A stretch of 63,987 nucleotides of DNA, filler included, from Globobulimina sp. (lineage: Eukaryota): the NCBI GenBank assembly GCA_003354225.1. It is 8 parts of 8 records of this genome, joined end to end, with 100 filler letters (N's around TTAATTAATTAA, not from the genome) between each part and the next. Parts side by side here need not be neighbours in the genome. Positions count along the whole stretch, not along the records: positions 16,251 to 24,246 come from PIVH01000099.1; positions 24,347 to 32,329 come from PIVH01000100.1; positions 32,430 to 40,405 come from PIVH01000101.1; 5 more parts are not named here. One strand, given 5' to 3'. Shown one piece after another: positions 23,032 to 34,743 of this stretch. Positions within the stretch are counted from its first letter, which is position 1; the number at the start of each line of letters is the position of its first letter. The position numbers and the translations under genes were made by a program. The notes below the pieces were generated by a model that did no database searches, had not been told where the DNA came from, and was given only the letters and a program-made list of their open reading frames with translations.

Positions 23032-23180
23032 GCTTTTTTAAAGTAGACCTAGTATAAATGGTTAAGATTAAAACCAGTTTAAAAGGCTCCGATGTACTGC
23101 TTTAGAAAATATTTTAAACAAATTACAATAAATGATTCTGTGTATCCTGTGGTTCATTATTCAATGAAACAGATGATTGT

Positions 23181-24065
23181 TTAGTGGTATTTCCAATTTA
23201 ATAGTTTCGAAATTTCGATAATCAAATCTCTAGCAAATTTACATTGTGTATCTTGACTAATTTTACTAAATTGAGGAACATGAATAAACAGATTATATTC
23301 ATTGTCATTATTCAATGAAAAGTGCAAAGAATTATAAAATATCCAATTGCAAACATATCTGCCCGGATCTGTTGATTTCGCCACATTATATCCGTATTGT
23401 TTGGCCATTATAACTTGTAATATGTCAACAGGTAAAGTTGTAGAATATTCATGATAAATATTCTTATTTTCTTTCAATATCATTTCTTTGTTCGGTTCCC
23501 ATCCCAACTCATCTGGATATCCCCTGAAATCTGCACAATTATATGCCACTGTTTCTAGACACAAAGTGCTCCGCGATGCTGCTACCCCGAAATGTAAATA
23601 GACATAAACTGCATTTTGGGCATATTTATCATTTGACGCACGGATTTCTTGTAATTTTTTTACGGAATTTACTCCTGAAACATGCAATATATTCATACTT
23701 TCAACACTGACATTTGATGCTATATTTGTATTATTTGAGATGTATTTTGACAAATTTTTTATTAAATGAGTTGTTGGGTTATCTTTAACTCCACAAAATG
23801 CTCCAAATCCAGTTAAATGGAATATTATCTTTCTTTTTGTTTCTTGTTTCTCATCGTCTAATTTTTTACTTTCATCTTCTTTGTTTTCATTTATTATCTG
23901 CTGCGAAATATACTCAATCTCTTCGCCATATCTATTCACAATTTGTTGATTTTGCAATACTGTCTTTGCTTCGTCTTTGGAAGTTGTTGCATGTTTTAAT
24001 AATCCGGAATGTTTCGCACATAAACTATTTAATACTTTACACAGATCTGCCTCTTCCGTCGCCAT
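23181..24065 (-). CDS. Pyroglutamyl peptidase I (peptidase C15) with N-terminal extension
   Basis: LTGFGAF.GV.DNPT, LHFGV, LE..A.N.ADF..PDE.G, S.DPGRYVCN..FY.SL, FIHVP (E/C/H triad). Confidence 0.92.
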   Translation of the reverse strand: MATEEADLCKVLNSLCAKHSGLLKHATTSKDEAKTVLQNQQIVNRYGEEIEYISQQIINENKEDESKKLDDEKQETKRKIIFHLTGFGAFCGVKDNPTTHLIKNLSKYISNNTNIASNVSVESMNILHVSGVNSVKKLQEIRASNDKYAQNAVYVYLHFGVAASRSTLCLETVAYNCADFRGYPDELGWEPNKEMILKENKNIYHEYSTTLPVDILQVIMAKQYGYNVAKSTDPGRYVCNWIFYNSLHFSLNNDNEYNLFIHVPQFSKISQDTQCKFARDLIIEISKLLNWKYH

Positions 24066-24346
24066 CCTTGGTGCTAAGAGCTATAAAAGTTCAAGTTTTT
24101 GAAAAGAGTTTTTATGAAAATAAACTCTATTAGACTACTGCCAATTAAGTTCGGAGGTTAAACATTCGAAAACCCATCTTTGTTTACTACCGAAGGGCTT
24201 TAGCTGCAAGCGTTCTAAAAAGTGATTCTTGTCCCTTTGGAACATCNNNNNNNNNNNNNNNNNNNNNNNNNNNNNNNNNNNNNNNNNNNNTTAATTAATT
24301 AANNNNNNNNNNNNNNNNNNNNNNNNNNNNNNNNNNNNNNNNNNNN

Positions 24347-24722
24347 GTGTTTGGACATATTGGTTCTCATCATATAATATTATTTGATTGTGTACGGTTG
24401 TGGTTGGTGAGATTATTAATGTTGAATTAGTAACATCTTGTATTAAATGGGTGAGATTCAGGAAATTAGATTGTGAGGGCGTTGCTGATGTGGTTATATC
24501 CGCTAAATATATTACATTGATGTTATCATCGACAATTCTGCACATGCATGATGTATCATTATCATCATAATGACAGCCTAAGTCATTTGCATAGTATGGC
24601 TCATTGCATGGTGGGTCAGACTCAATTTCCCAACATGTGTTGTAGGCCGGTCTTTGGCGTGGTCTTTGGCTGTCTGTAGTAACAGATAACAACAGAATTA
24701 TGGAAATAAGTCCTGTTATCAT
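24347..24722 (-). CDS. Secreted protein, 3'-truncated; Cys-rich segment then possible vWA start
   Basis: Signal peptide; INVIYLADITTS resembles the first vWA strand. Confidence 0.5.
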
Positions 24723-24883
24723 TGTACTTAAAAAAAACTTACTTTCTCAAAATAACCTTAAATAAAAAAAACTTACTTTCAACTAATACTCAAAAACAAA
24801 ACCAAGTCACATTGAGCACATTCCGTCATCATCTAAACACCGCGAAAACAAAACTCTAATCTAACACCAAACAGACCCAATAA

Positions 24884-25588
24884 ATGGCACAATACAGCAA
24901 TCAGCCCAGGAAGAAAAAGAAAAAGAAGAAAGACCATTATAAATCCCAAAAAGAGCATGGCAACAAGAAACGAATGGAGTTGCATGAATATGCCACAGCG
25001 ACCTTAGGTGCCGGGAACATGAGAGAAGCCGTTCGATTACCAAAAGGCGAGGATTTTAACGAGTGGATGGCGGTGAATACCGTGGATTTTTTCAACGAGA
25101 TCTCATTATTATATGGCATCATAACCGAATATTGCACGAAAGCATCGTGTCCGGTGATGTCTGCCGGGCCCAAATATGAGTATTTATGGATGGATGGCGT
25201 GAAATATAAGAAACCGCATAAATGTTCGGCGCCGGAATATATTGATTTGTTGATGTCGTGGGTAGAGGAACAGATTAACGATGCCCGGATCTTTCCCATC
25301 GAAGATGGGGTGCCTTTCCCTAAGAATTTCCGGCAAATCGTCAAAACGATACTTAAGCGGTTATTTCGTGTCTATGGACATATGTATCATCATCATATAC
25401 AAAAAATTGTGCAATTAGACGCCGAGGCTCATTTAAATACTTGTTTTAAACATTTCATTTATTTCGTCAAAGAGTTCAAACTCGTGGATGAGAGGGAGTT
25501 GGCTCCGCTCGCCGATACTATCAATCATATGTTGACCAAAGACGCGCAAAAAGGACATAAATATAAACCAAAATATCAATATAAATAA
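24884..25588 (+). CDS. MOB1: MOB kinase activator (MOB1-like)
   Basis: ATLG.GNMREAVRLP.GED.NEW.AVNTVDFFN, CPVMSAGPKYEYLW, ILKRLFRVY.H.YH.H, HLNTCFKHF. Confidence 0.95.
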   Translation: MAQYSNQPRKKKKKKKDHYKSQKEHGNKKRMELHEYATATLGAGNMREAVRLPKGEDFNEWMAVNTVDFFNEISLLYGIITEYCTKASCPVMSAGPKYEYLWMDGVKYKKPHKCSAPEYIDLLMSWVEEQINDARIFPIEDGVPFPKNFRQIVKTILKRLFRVYGHMYHHHIQKIVQLDAEAHLNTCFKHFIYFVKEFKLVDERELAPLADTINHMLTKDAQKGHKYKPKYQYK

Positions 25589-25979
25589 GCATTTTTTATA
25601 TCTGCGCAAATTCGCAGACTTGGCTCGCAAATTCGCAACATTTTAGCTGTATTTTTTTTTTGTTTTTTTTGGAAAGTTATTTGTGGTTTGTACGGTGATT
25701 GTTGTATTGCTATTTTTTTTGGTTGAATATATTTTTTTGTTTTGTTTTTTTATGTGAAATTAAATTTTTTCTTTCTGTGAGATCTTTTTTTTTTTATGTC
25801 ATGATTTCAGTTCCATTTATTGTGTCGTTCTATAGATAGAATAACAAGGTAGCGCGCACTGCGCAGAATGTTTCTAAGAATTTTGATCTAACACAGCTCA
25901 GTTTCGTTTTTAACCTCAAATATCAATGGCAATTAACTGAGAGACCGTAAAAACATTATGGGGGCAAAATCTGCAGAAA

Positions 25980-26832
25980 ATGGTGAATTCTGATTCCTTC
26001 CAAAATGTTTGGCAGCGACTAAATTTAAAAAAATATAGGATTTTGCAAATGAATAAGCAACATTTGCATGAAACTATCAATATTTGTTGTTATCAATTTT
26101 CAAGTCAAGGCGGGTCAATGGCGAGGATTGTGATGCAAGAGACAGTCGTTGATGCATATAACTTATTTTACCATGAATTGGTACATACTTTAAATACAGG
26201 ATTGAATTTCGTGATAGTTAATGACAAGAATCAAGTCTGTGCTGTTTACTTCGCATTTGATATAAAGGATTTACCAAAAAGATTTACCACAAATAGGAAC
26301 AACCACAAAATTGTACAATAAAATATTATTAAAATCAAAATTGTATCAAAAACATATGAATGAAAACATTTATTATTCGTTTGGTGAATTAATATATGAA
26401 CCAACAATGTTGGTAAGACCAGATTTATTACGATTAAAATTAGGAAGAATATGTTCTGAGCTATATCAGTCTTTAGCCATATCAGTCGGATATAAAATGC
26501 TGGTATTTACATTAAGTCATCCAATGAGTATCAAACATGCTAAAACAGTGGTTAGTGTTTATAGAGAGTGCACTGAATCTGAATATATTAATTTTAGTGA
26601 TTTTCGAATCGATGATGTGCATATTGATTATTATTATGATAAAGTACAGCAAGATCGTGGGTTTACAGATGATATGATCGATGAAATGAAAAAGAACTCA
26701 ATTTTGGGCGTTGCTTTTCAATTCGTTGATAAAATGAAGTTAAAATCAGATGATTTGTTTGAACGTGGGATGGAAGTATGGCAACAAAGAGCCAATTTGT
26801 TTTTTAGGAATATACCAAGAGCGAAATTATAA
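25980..26832 (+). pseudogene. Hypothetical (possibly GNAT-like) peroxisomal protein split by an apparent frameshift near 26300
   Basis: Two overlapping same-strand ORFs with no clear intron; C-terminal -AKL PTS1. Confidence 0.45.
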
Positions 26833-26851
26833 ATGCTTTATATTTCTATAT

Positions 26852-27134
26852 GGCAAGAATTTTCAGATCCATGCAATAAATCTAAAACAAGGTTGTATGT
26901 ACAACTGAAACAATAAACTGCACATATTGGCAAGTCGACAAATACTGTTTCCATTTGACATTATATTGTTTCTATCTGACAGTATAGTCCATATTGTTTC
27001 TGTCATATGTCAGACCGTATATTGTTTCTATTTGTCCACATTGTTTTTGCAAATTAATGGTATTTGCAGCACAATTGGCACAAAGACAGACGCTCTACTT
27101 TAAGGTTTACCGTACGTATTTCTGGTTTCTTGCC
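26852..27134. mobile_element. MITE family A copy 2
   Basis: TIR GGCAAGAA...TTCTTGCC; TSD ATAT at 26848-26851 and 27135-27138; internal homology to 18603-18870. Confidence 0.85.
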
Positions 27135-27207
27135 ATATTTTTCTTACATATTTTTCTATCGTATAAATAGTGTTTTTGCATTTTATATGTATTTTCTTAT
27201 CAAGCAC

Positions 27208-27332
27208 AAAGAGCATCCTGTATTCAGCGTCAGATTTTTATTGGGGTAAGGTATAAGCAAACCGTTTCTGGTGACTGATAAAGGTAAAAATAATATAGGT
27301 TTGCCTCTGACGCTGAAAACCGGATGCTCTTT
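27208..27332. mobile_element. Short foldback/MITE-like element, family B
   Basis: Imperfect ~27-bp inverted ends AAAGAGCATCCTGTATTCAGCGTCAGA / TCTGACGCTGAAAACCGGATGCTCTTT; related end at 58213-58276. Confidence 0.65.
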
Positions 27333-27518
27333 CATTTTAATATCAATTTAATTCTCAAAATGTATACAAAAATTAGTGTGCTGAGAAACAAAAAATTAGT
27401 GTGCTTTTTTACTCAACAAAACGTTATCATGATTTATGCATTGAGAGTATGCAACTGGATATCCAGTGTTTTTATCAAACATTGACGCATCTTTGCATCA
27501 TCCGTTCGTCAATCTAAC

Positions 27519-28022
27519 ATGGCAGGACAAGCAACAGTATCTGCAGAAGCAGAGGCAGGACGCAAAGCAGTCTGGAGTCGCAAAGCACCATTTTGTACTT
27601 TTTATTTGGCGGAAGAGAAACAGGATCGTATAGTGAGGGTAGAATCCATTGGCAAAAAAGGCGAAGATTATAAAGATCTTCTTGCCACTTTAGACGATAA
27701 GAATTGCAGATATTTTTTATATGATTATGTTACATTTGATCCTAAATTCAACAAAAAAAAAGAAAAAACTGTATTTGTGTTCTGGTATGTTATCAATGTA
27801 CGATATAGATTGTGATATAAAATTATGCGACTTTGCGATATACAAAATAGGTCACCGCCTAATTGCAATCAACAAATGAAAATGATGTACAGTGCCTATT
27901 TGGTAAATTTTAGAGATGAAATAAAATTTGCGCATCATGAGACATTTCAGGAAGAAGATGATTTTGAGTTTTTTAATCCAAAAAAGGAATCCGATGATGA
28001 GGATTCTGAAATGTCTGATTAA
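27519..28022 (+). CDS. ADF/cofilin family actin-depolymerising protein; 2 exons
   Basis: Y.DL...L....CRY.LYD, K.VFVFW|SP......KMMYS; intron 27785-27850. Confidence 0.85.
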
Positions 28023-28258
28023 TTTAATTCCATCTTTGATTCATTAATTATTAAGCAAACAATAAGAATTTTGTCATTCAAAATGTAAGTATATTTTATA
28101 GCAAATCATTAAAAACGTGACAACTTTTTTTTCCCCAATTTTCTTGTTTGAATCTCTTTATTTATGGTTGTTTCAACGATACCTAATGCCAAGCTGACAT
28201 ACTATCCTTGCACTCAAAATCTCACTGAATCGGAAATAAGTGGAAGTCAGCATCAATA

Positions 28259-29606
28259 ATGTCTCCGTCATGTCTGCTGTTTCTTTTATGCAACTGTTTA
28301 ATTGTCAACTGTCTGCGTACCCACATCCGCAACCTATCTGTTCTTCTGCAAGAAGCAAAACAAAACAACAACGTCATATACGGCAATCCATTGCTTACTG
28401 AACAATGCAAAAATGCATTATTGCCTGAACATAAACACAACATTCGATTACTGACTAAAAAAGGATTGCCAACTCCATGGTTCTGGTCTCGTGAATCGCT
28501 GGATGCCACAATAAACGGCCTAACCTTACATCGTCGATCCAAAATAACTCATTCACTGGAACCAGACCCTCCATTTTTAGCACCATGGTCCAATATGATC
28601 GCAAACGACTATTCGACGCAGTACAAAAATATGAGCAAGCATATAGCCAAATGGTATGTGGTGGAATCAAAAGGAAACATCACAAACACAGGAAATGAAT
28701 ATAAAAATGATTATATATCTCATGGATTCAGCAAAGGGCAATCGAACAATGATAATGTGTTCTATTACCATGTGGAGAAAAGTGGCAGTTCATCAATTGG
28801 TGGTATATAGCTCCAAATATTTAGTAAAATGATGAAAGTGATGTGTTGCTCCCAATATGTATCATAATCTTGCAATGTTTGTGTCAGTGTTTTAATAAAT
28901 ATTTTGAGCTATAGGTATACTCCGCGGCTCTGGATTTCGTCAAAGCTTAGTCTCCGAAAATTGGCTAACATCAACAAAATGTGGTTTTACTTTCTTACGT
29001 GATCCAGTTTCACGATTTATTAGCGGTTATTATACAGCGAATAGGTTAATTTATATGCGAAATATACCTGGAAAATACATAATTACTTATCCCCATCCAT
29101 ATAAATTCAAATGGTATAATATAACTCGGGAACCACAAAGATTTATACAGTTCGTGCAGGATTTAATGCAGTTTGGATATGAGTTTGTTAAAACTACTCC
29201 ATTGGAACATATAATGTCTCAAACATCCATTTTAAGTGTTACACAAAGTGATATTCATTTCATTGGTAGGCTCAATCAATTGGAATCACATTGGAATGCA
29301 CTGCATAAGTTTTGTGATAATGCAAAATTGAAAACGTTTCCTATAAACAATGATAATAAACGAATGGTAAAGTTTGGAGTTGAGGGATTAAACAAAACAG
29401 AAAATATGGAATATCTTAAAATGATGGATTTGGTGACATGGGAATCGGGAGATATATTACCTCCGTATGTTGCCATTGCAAATAGTTACGATCTGTATTA
29501 TAAGATTGTGAATTATTACAAACAAGATTATATATGCTTTGGTTTTGAGCACAGTTTTGACGAATTTAGACGTAATGTCATGATCAATCAGAAACTGCAG
29601 CATTAG
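28259..29606 (+). CDS. Golgi-type sulfotransferase (Sulfotransfer_2-like); 2 exons
   Basis: N-terminal anchor; YYHVEKSGSSS (5'-PSB), FTFLRDPVSRFISGY (3'-PB), FIGRL, YYKQDY..FGF; intron ~28803-28914. Confidence 0.85.
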
Positions 29607-29747
29607 AGACTTGTATACACAAATGTGGATTTTAGCAAAATTTAATTTTGTGTACGAACTACAAGCGGAGTTGTTGCTTGCATTTGCTTCTAGAATGTTT
29701 TGCAGATTCTTGGTACACTCTGCTAAAAAACAATACAATCACAGATA

Positions 29748-30865
29748 ATGGGTGCTTGCTGTTGCCAAAACATAAGCTATTCCAAATTAGACGATCCAGA
29801 ATATAGAGCATTCCCAACATTGCAACATAACTATGAAGAAAATGTATATTGCAGAACATATCCATTACAATTAATAGAAACCAACAAGAATTCATGGGAC
29901 ACAATGAGACATTTTAAGATTGTATTTTTAGGCGAATCCAAAGCAGGTAAAACATCAATTATTTCACAAAAAATATCCTATAAATTCGACACCGACTATC
30001 AACCCACAATCGAGGACTATTACGTTAAAGTTCATCGACTAAATGTCGATGATATAAACGGTTTCATTCAAGACGAGAATGCATTGGAAAATTCATTATC
30101 ATACAAACAATCCATACATTCACATAAAATATCAAACTCATTCTCTCAAAGATATGACAGAAACGGTAATAATTATAATAACTTGCCTTGTTATCACTGT
30201 ATTTTAGACATTCAAGACACGTCTGGATCTTTAGGTAAATAAATATTTACAACACAGCTACGTTTTGTTACAAATGTATGTAAAATATACAGATTTTCGT
30301 CAGAATATAAAGCAATGGATATGGAGATCACAAGTATTTGTCATTGTGTTTGATTTGACGGACAGTAAAACATTTATAAGCATTGAAAATTCATTCATTT
30401 CACGGATTATTGAACTTAGAAAATGTGAACAACCGCCTATTATTTTAGTGGGCAATAAATCCGATGAATTGTACACAAATACAATTGTTAAGAAACAGTT
30501 TTCAGAAACAACAAAAACAACAAATTCTGAAGTAAATATGGTCTCAAATCCAGCACGAAATGATCAGGAAACTGAAAAAAAGTTATTGTGTTTATGTGCA
30601 AGGATATATTGTATGATATTTATTTATTATATACAGAGTGTTAAGTGATGTGAAGAAGAATGATAAACGACAGGTAACATTGGATATGATTGAGGAATTA
30701 TGTAATAAATATAATATATCTTATATTGAATGTTCAGCAAAGGATAGAATTAATATCAATCATATATTTGATGTTTCTGTCAAAGAAAGATTATTTCATG
30801 AGGCGTATTGGAAAAAACAGGATTTCATGTTTCAAAGAAGTGGAAAGGATATGGCAATGTATTAA
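29748..30865 (+). CDS. Divergent Ras-family small GTPase, N-terminally acylated type; 3 exons
   Basis: G1 GESKAGKT, effector YQPTIEDYY, G3 DTSG, G4 NKSD, G5 CSAK; MGACCC start; introns 30235-30292 and ~30582-30636. Confidence 0.85.
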
Positions 30866-31029
30866 TATTTGGAAAGATTGTTTATACGAACATTTTTGAG
30901 TTAATTTTTTTTTGTTGTCCGATTTTATTTGTGTTGAATAAGTCATTTTAATTAATAACAGCTAGGAAGGTAAATAACTGTAGATTTAAATAAAATGTAC
31001 AAAAAAAAACAACCTACCAAAGAAGATAA

Positions 31030-31602
31030 TTAATCGTGTTTGATGTCATTTTGGTTGATCTGTAATGTATCATTAGTTCCTAATAATTTTTGTTGTTTTT
31101 GTTTAGCTCTTTGCGCAGTTTTAAATTTAAATTTTAATGTTTGTGAATGAATAACATTTTTAATTGCAATATAACCAAATATTAATTGGGATAAAATAAA
31201 TAATATTTGGAATATATCCAATGTTTTATCGATTATCCAATAATTGTTTCTTTTCCATTGTAATACCATTAATAATATTATTAATATTGATTGCGGAAAT
31301 ATTGTTAAAAATAAAAATCCAAATAAATGCGGTACTTTTTCACATAAATTACCTGCATATCCTAAATATATCCGTGATGTTTCAATTATACACCATAATG
31401 TTAAGATTATTGGGATGAAAGTTGATATTAAATCATTTGGATTATGCTTATTGTTAATAATAATATATTTAATAATACAAAATAAAATATAAACAATTGA
31501 ATATCTCCAATGAAAATATAATGATACTTGCAGTGGTAACGAAGAGATAATTTCTTCATATTTATTACCTGTTTTACTTGGCATGAGGTCAGAGTTCTCC
31601 AT
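31030..31602 (-). CDS. TMEM17: TMEM17-like ciliary transition-zone membrane protein
   Basis: SSLPLQV.LYF, E..RIYLGY.GNL.EKVP.L.GF..LT.FPQ; 4 TM. Confidence 0.85.
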   Translation of the reverse strand: MENSDLMPSKTGNKYEEIISSLPLQVSLYFHWRYSIVYILFCIIKYIIINNKHNPNDLISTFIPIILTLWCIIETSRIYLGYAGNLCEKVPHLFGFLFLTIFPQSILIILLMVLQWKRNNYWIIDKTLDIFQILFILSQLIFGYIAIKNVIHSQTLKFKFKTAQRAKQKQQKLLGTNDTLQINQNDIKHD

Positions 31603-31750
31603 TTCAGAGATGCAGCTGCGTTTCTCTTTAATGTTAGATTGAAAAACTCAAAAAAATCTCATGAGTAAAATCCAATCAAAGCGACGTCATTTATTTTATT
31701 AATTTACATTATCGTTTATATAATATTTTATATATGACACAAGCAACAAG

Positions 31751-32255
31751 TCATTTTTGTTTGACATATATGATTTTATAATATTCATCATCATTATTTA
31801 AGCCAGTCTTTGTTCCTAACCTGTATCCACCATTACTACCATGAACATACCACGACAGTCTATCATTACCATTTTCCTTTGCAGCGTCAGCATTGCAACA
31901 ATTAACTTTTGATACACTTGAAAACCCAAATGAGTGCATATCTTTCTTAGTGTTATGATACCAATATACTTTATATAAACCTTTATTTTTCGCATTATAC
32001 GGTATAACAGCTTCTGTTTTTGAGTTTGTTATTGTATGCAAAACCGAAGACGGTCCAAAAGCCCCTAAAATGATATGTTTCTTATTATATTTTTGAACGC
32101 CACCAACAAACACATCTATGGCATCACTGTTTTTACATAAACATCGTAATTCTTCCGTTGTCGTTGCATGTTTATATGGTTTATCATACACACATTGCCA
32201 TCCATCATTAATTAATTCCTGTGCATCAAAATCATGCACCACAGAATTATGACCT
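31751..32255 (-). CDS. Hypothetical protein, terminal exon (5' part lost at contig end)
   Basis: Compact globular ORF: GW.CVYD.PY.H.T, SFGFS, RLSWY.HG..GGYRLG. Confidence 0.6.
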
Positions 32256-32881
32256 TTCCATTTTGTTACGTTTATATTTATATTTATATATTGCTGTTAC
32301 ACATTGATCATGAAACAGATAGAAATATANNNNNNNNNNNNNNNNNNNNNNNNNNNNNNNNNNNNNNNNNNNNTTAATTAATTAANNNNNNNNNNNNNNN
32401 NNNNNNNNNNNNNNNNNNNNNNNNNNNNNTGTTTTAAAAATGTGATGATTGGGATTTGAACCCAAATATTCTTCAATAAGACGCTCTCTTTGAGCTATCA
32501 TCACAAGAATAGATTTGTACGCGGCCGCTGTCCACGGTCTATGGCCACGCTTGGTTTTTGTCCACGGCGCTCCGCATGCCGTCTCATAATAATTAGTTCT
32601 TGGGATTTCGCCCATTGATATTCCAATAATGAGTTGCTTTTCATTCTCGCCGCCTTAATATATGACGGCATTTATTCTCTCTTTCTCGCATTTAGACATG
32701 ATACTTAATGATTCAACGCTATTGCACTCAAAGGTTGCTTTTGGCATAACACTCGGTAACCTCTCGGGTGGACGTGGGAACTCTACAGTAGCATCTACTT
32801 TCATACAGTTAATCTTAGTCTAGGTGACGTTAAACTGAAGTTTTGTGTTTGCACACTAAGAAAAAATTAGTTTAGAGTACT

Positions 32882-34666
32882 CTAATAATAGTAATAGTAA
32901 TACCTAGGTTTAACCCAGTGTTTGAGCGATAAATAAAAAAAACACTGAAACAAACATGCCAATCCGCATAACATTAATATACAGTTGAACAAATTTACAT
33001 TTTGCATCTCAAAATTCTCCAATATACGATCACCTTTCACAGTTTTTGTTGAACTTAATTTAAAATGTAAATCATGAAAATCCAAATACATCATATATTT
33101 AGTTGCGTATGTAAACGGTGATAAATAATAAAATATCTTACAATGCATTTGTATGTCAGAGAATAATAACATCGGCCCACCACAAAATTGTCCAAAAATT
33201 GCTGTTGAAGCGAACACTGCGGAAAAATTAATTAGATAATCACATGATATCGTCGATAGAAATAAACTCCAAATCTCCATACAAGCACTTAAACAGAAAA
33301 AACATATAAAATGCATCAGACAGTAATGATAAAACTGATAATTATGCTCGAATGGCACCGGTTGAACTAAATTGATAGCAATGCCCACAAAAAGTAAACA
33401 ATTTAAGAGTATCCACGGCATCATCGATAAAACGGTGGATACACAATATGCCAACGGACAATATTTATTACTATGAAATCTTTGTGAAATATATAAATTG
33501 CGATTATCTAAAAAAAACATAATATTCGCTAAACTCAGCATTGCGCCATGTATTATTTCTCCATTTAAAAAATAAGTATGATTTTGGATGCTATTTCTTG
33601 TGTTTTGCACATCAAAATATTGGCAGCCAAACAGTAATCCACTAAAAAACATTGAAACTGCTCTGATCCAAAAAGATTGAATGTTTCTGGTATTTACTAA
33701 AAAATTTCGTTTTGTTAAAATGGAGATTTGTTTTCGGATTGAAATATTTTGCATATTTGTGGTGAATTGGAACATTTGTTGGTGATTATGATTATATGAA
33801 GATAATATTCGAAATATATTTTTTAATATTTTTTTTTTATGAATGAGATTAAATTTTTGAATTAAAATATTTTCATTCTTTTCATTATCGACAATATCAA
33901 TAATATCATCAATATGTTTGAATTTAGAATTACAAATCTGAACTAATACTAAATTAAAATATGGAATGCAATTTTGTGTTTTATCAAAATATAATGTTTT
34001 ACCATTTTGCAATATACTTAAATAGAATCCATTTTTATTCATCATATTAAATAGTCTTTGCGATGGTTGATGTATGGAAATAATAATAGTATGACCATAA
34101 TTTTTTAACTCATTTAAAATATTGAATATATTATATGCATTTTTGGAATCTAAACCACTTAATATTTCGTCCAAAAATAATACATTTGGTTGATTAATTA
34201 TTTGAGTGGCAATGAAACATCTTTTCCTCTCACCAAATGATGCATTTTTAATCAATGTATGCCGACATTTTATTAAACCAAAAGCGTTTAATAAGTCATT
34301 GATTTTCTCAATATTACAATCTTTTAAGTAGCACGAATATTTTATACATTCGGCAATGGTCAATTGTTGATTTAAGATGGAATCTTGTGGACAGTACACT
34401 GAACAGTCATAATTACGTGTTCTGCTTAAAATATTATTATAATATACCGAGCCTGATAAATATTTCTCTGAATTGCGCCTCATTCCACATAAGATCTCAA
34501 TTAAACTTGTTTTACCACTGCCTGAATGTCCTACAATGCATAAAACATTTCCTCCTTCCACATATCCTGAGATATTCTCTAAAATCTTTCTATTTGGCAC
34601 TGAATAATTTATATTCTCCCAGCATAACGACACTGAACATTTTAACTTGCTAAAGGAGGGTAACAT
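32882..34666 (-). CDS. ABCG-type half transporter (NBD-TMD)
   Basis: Walker A GHSGSGKT, degenerate signature SFGERKR, Walker B LFLDEILSGLD, H-loop SIHQP, ABC2-type TM domain. Confidence 0.92.
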   Translation of the reverse strand: MLPSFSKLKCSVSLCWENINYSVPNRKILENISGYVEGGNVLCIVGHSGSGKTSLIEILCGMRRNSEKYLSGSVYYNNILSRTRNYDCSVYCPQDSILNQQLTIAECIKYSCYLKDCNIEKINDLLNAFGLIKCRHTLIKNASFGERKRCFIATQIINQPNVLFLDEILSGLDSKNAYNIFNILNELKNYGHTIIISIHQPSQRLFNMMNKNGFYLSILQNGKTLYFDKTQNCIPYFNLVLVQICNSKFKHIDDIIDIVDNEKNENILIQKFNLIHKKKILKNIFRILSSYNHNHQQMFQFTTNMQNISIRKQISILTKRNFLVNTRNIQSFWIRAVSMFFSGLLFGCQYFDVQNTRNSIQNHTYFLNGEIIHGAMLSLANIMFFLDNRNLYISQRFHSNKYCPLAYCVSTVLSMMPWILLNCLLFVGIAINLVQPVPFEHNYQFYHYCLMHFICFFCLSACMEIWSLFLSTISCDYLINFSAVFASTAIFGQFCGGPMLLFSDIQMHCKIFYYLSPFTYATKYMMYLDFHDLHFKLSSTKTVKGDRILENFEMQNVNLFNCILMLCGLACLFQCFFYLSLKHWVKPRYYYYYY

Positions 34667-34743
34667 TGTATTGTAAACATTTAAACATTTAAAGTAAAGT
34701 GCAAGTGTCAAAAATAAAACAGAAACAGAAACAAAAACGCAAA

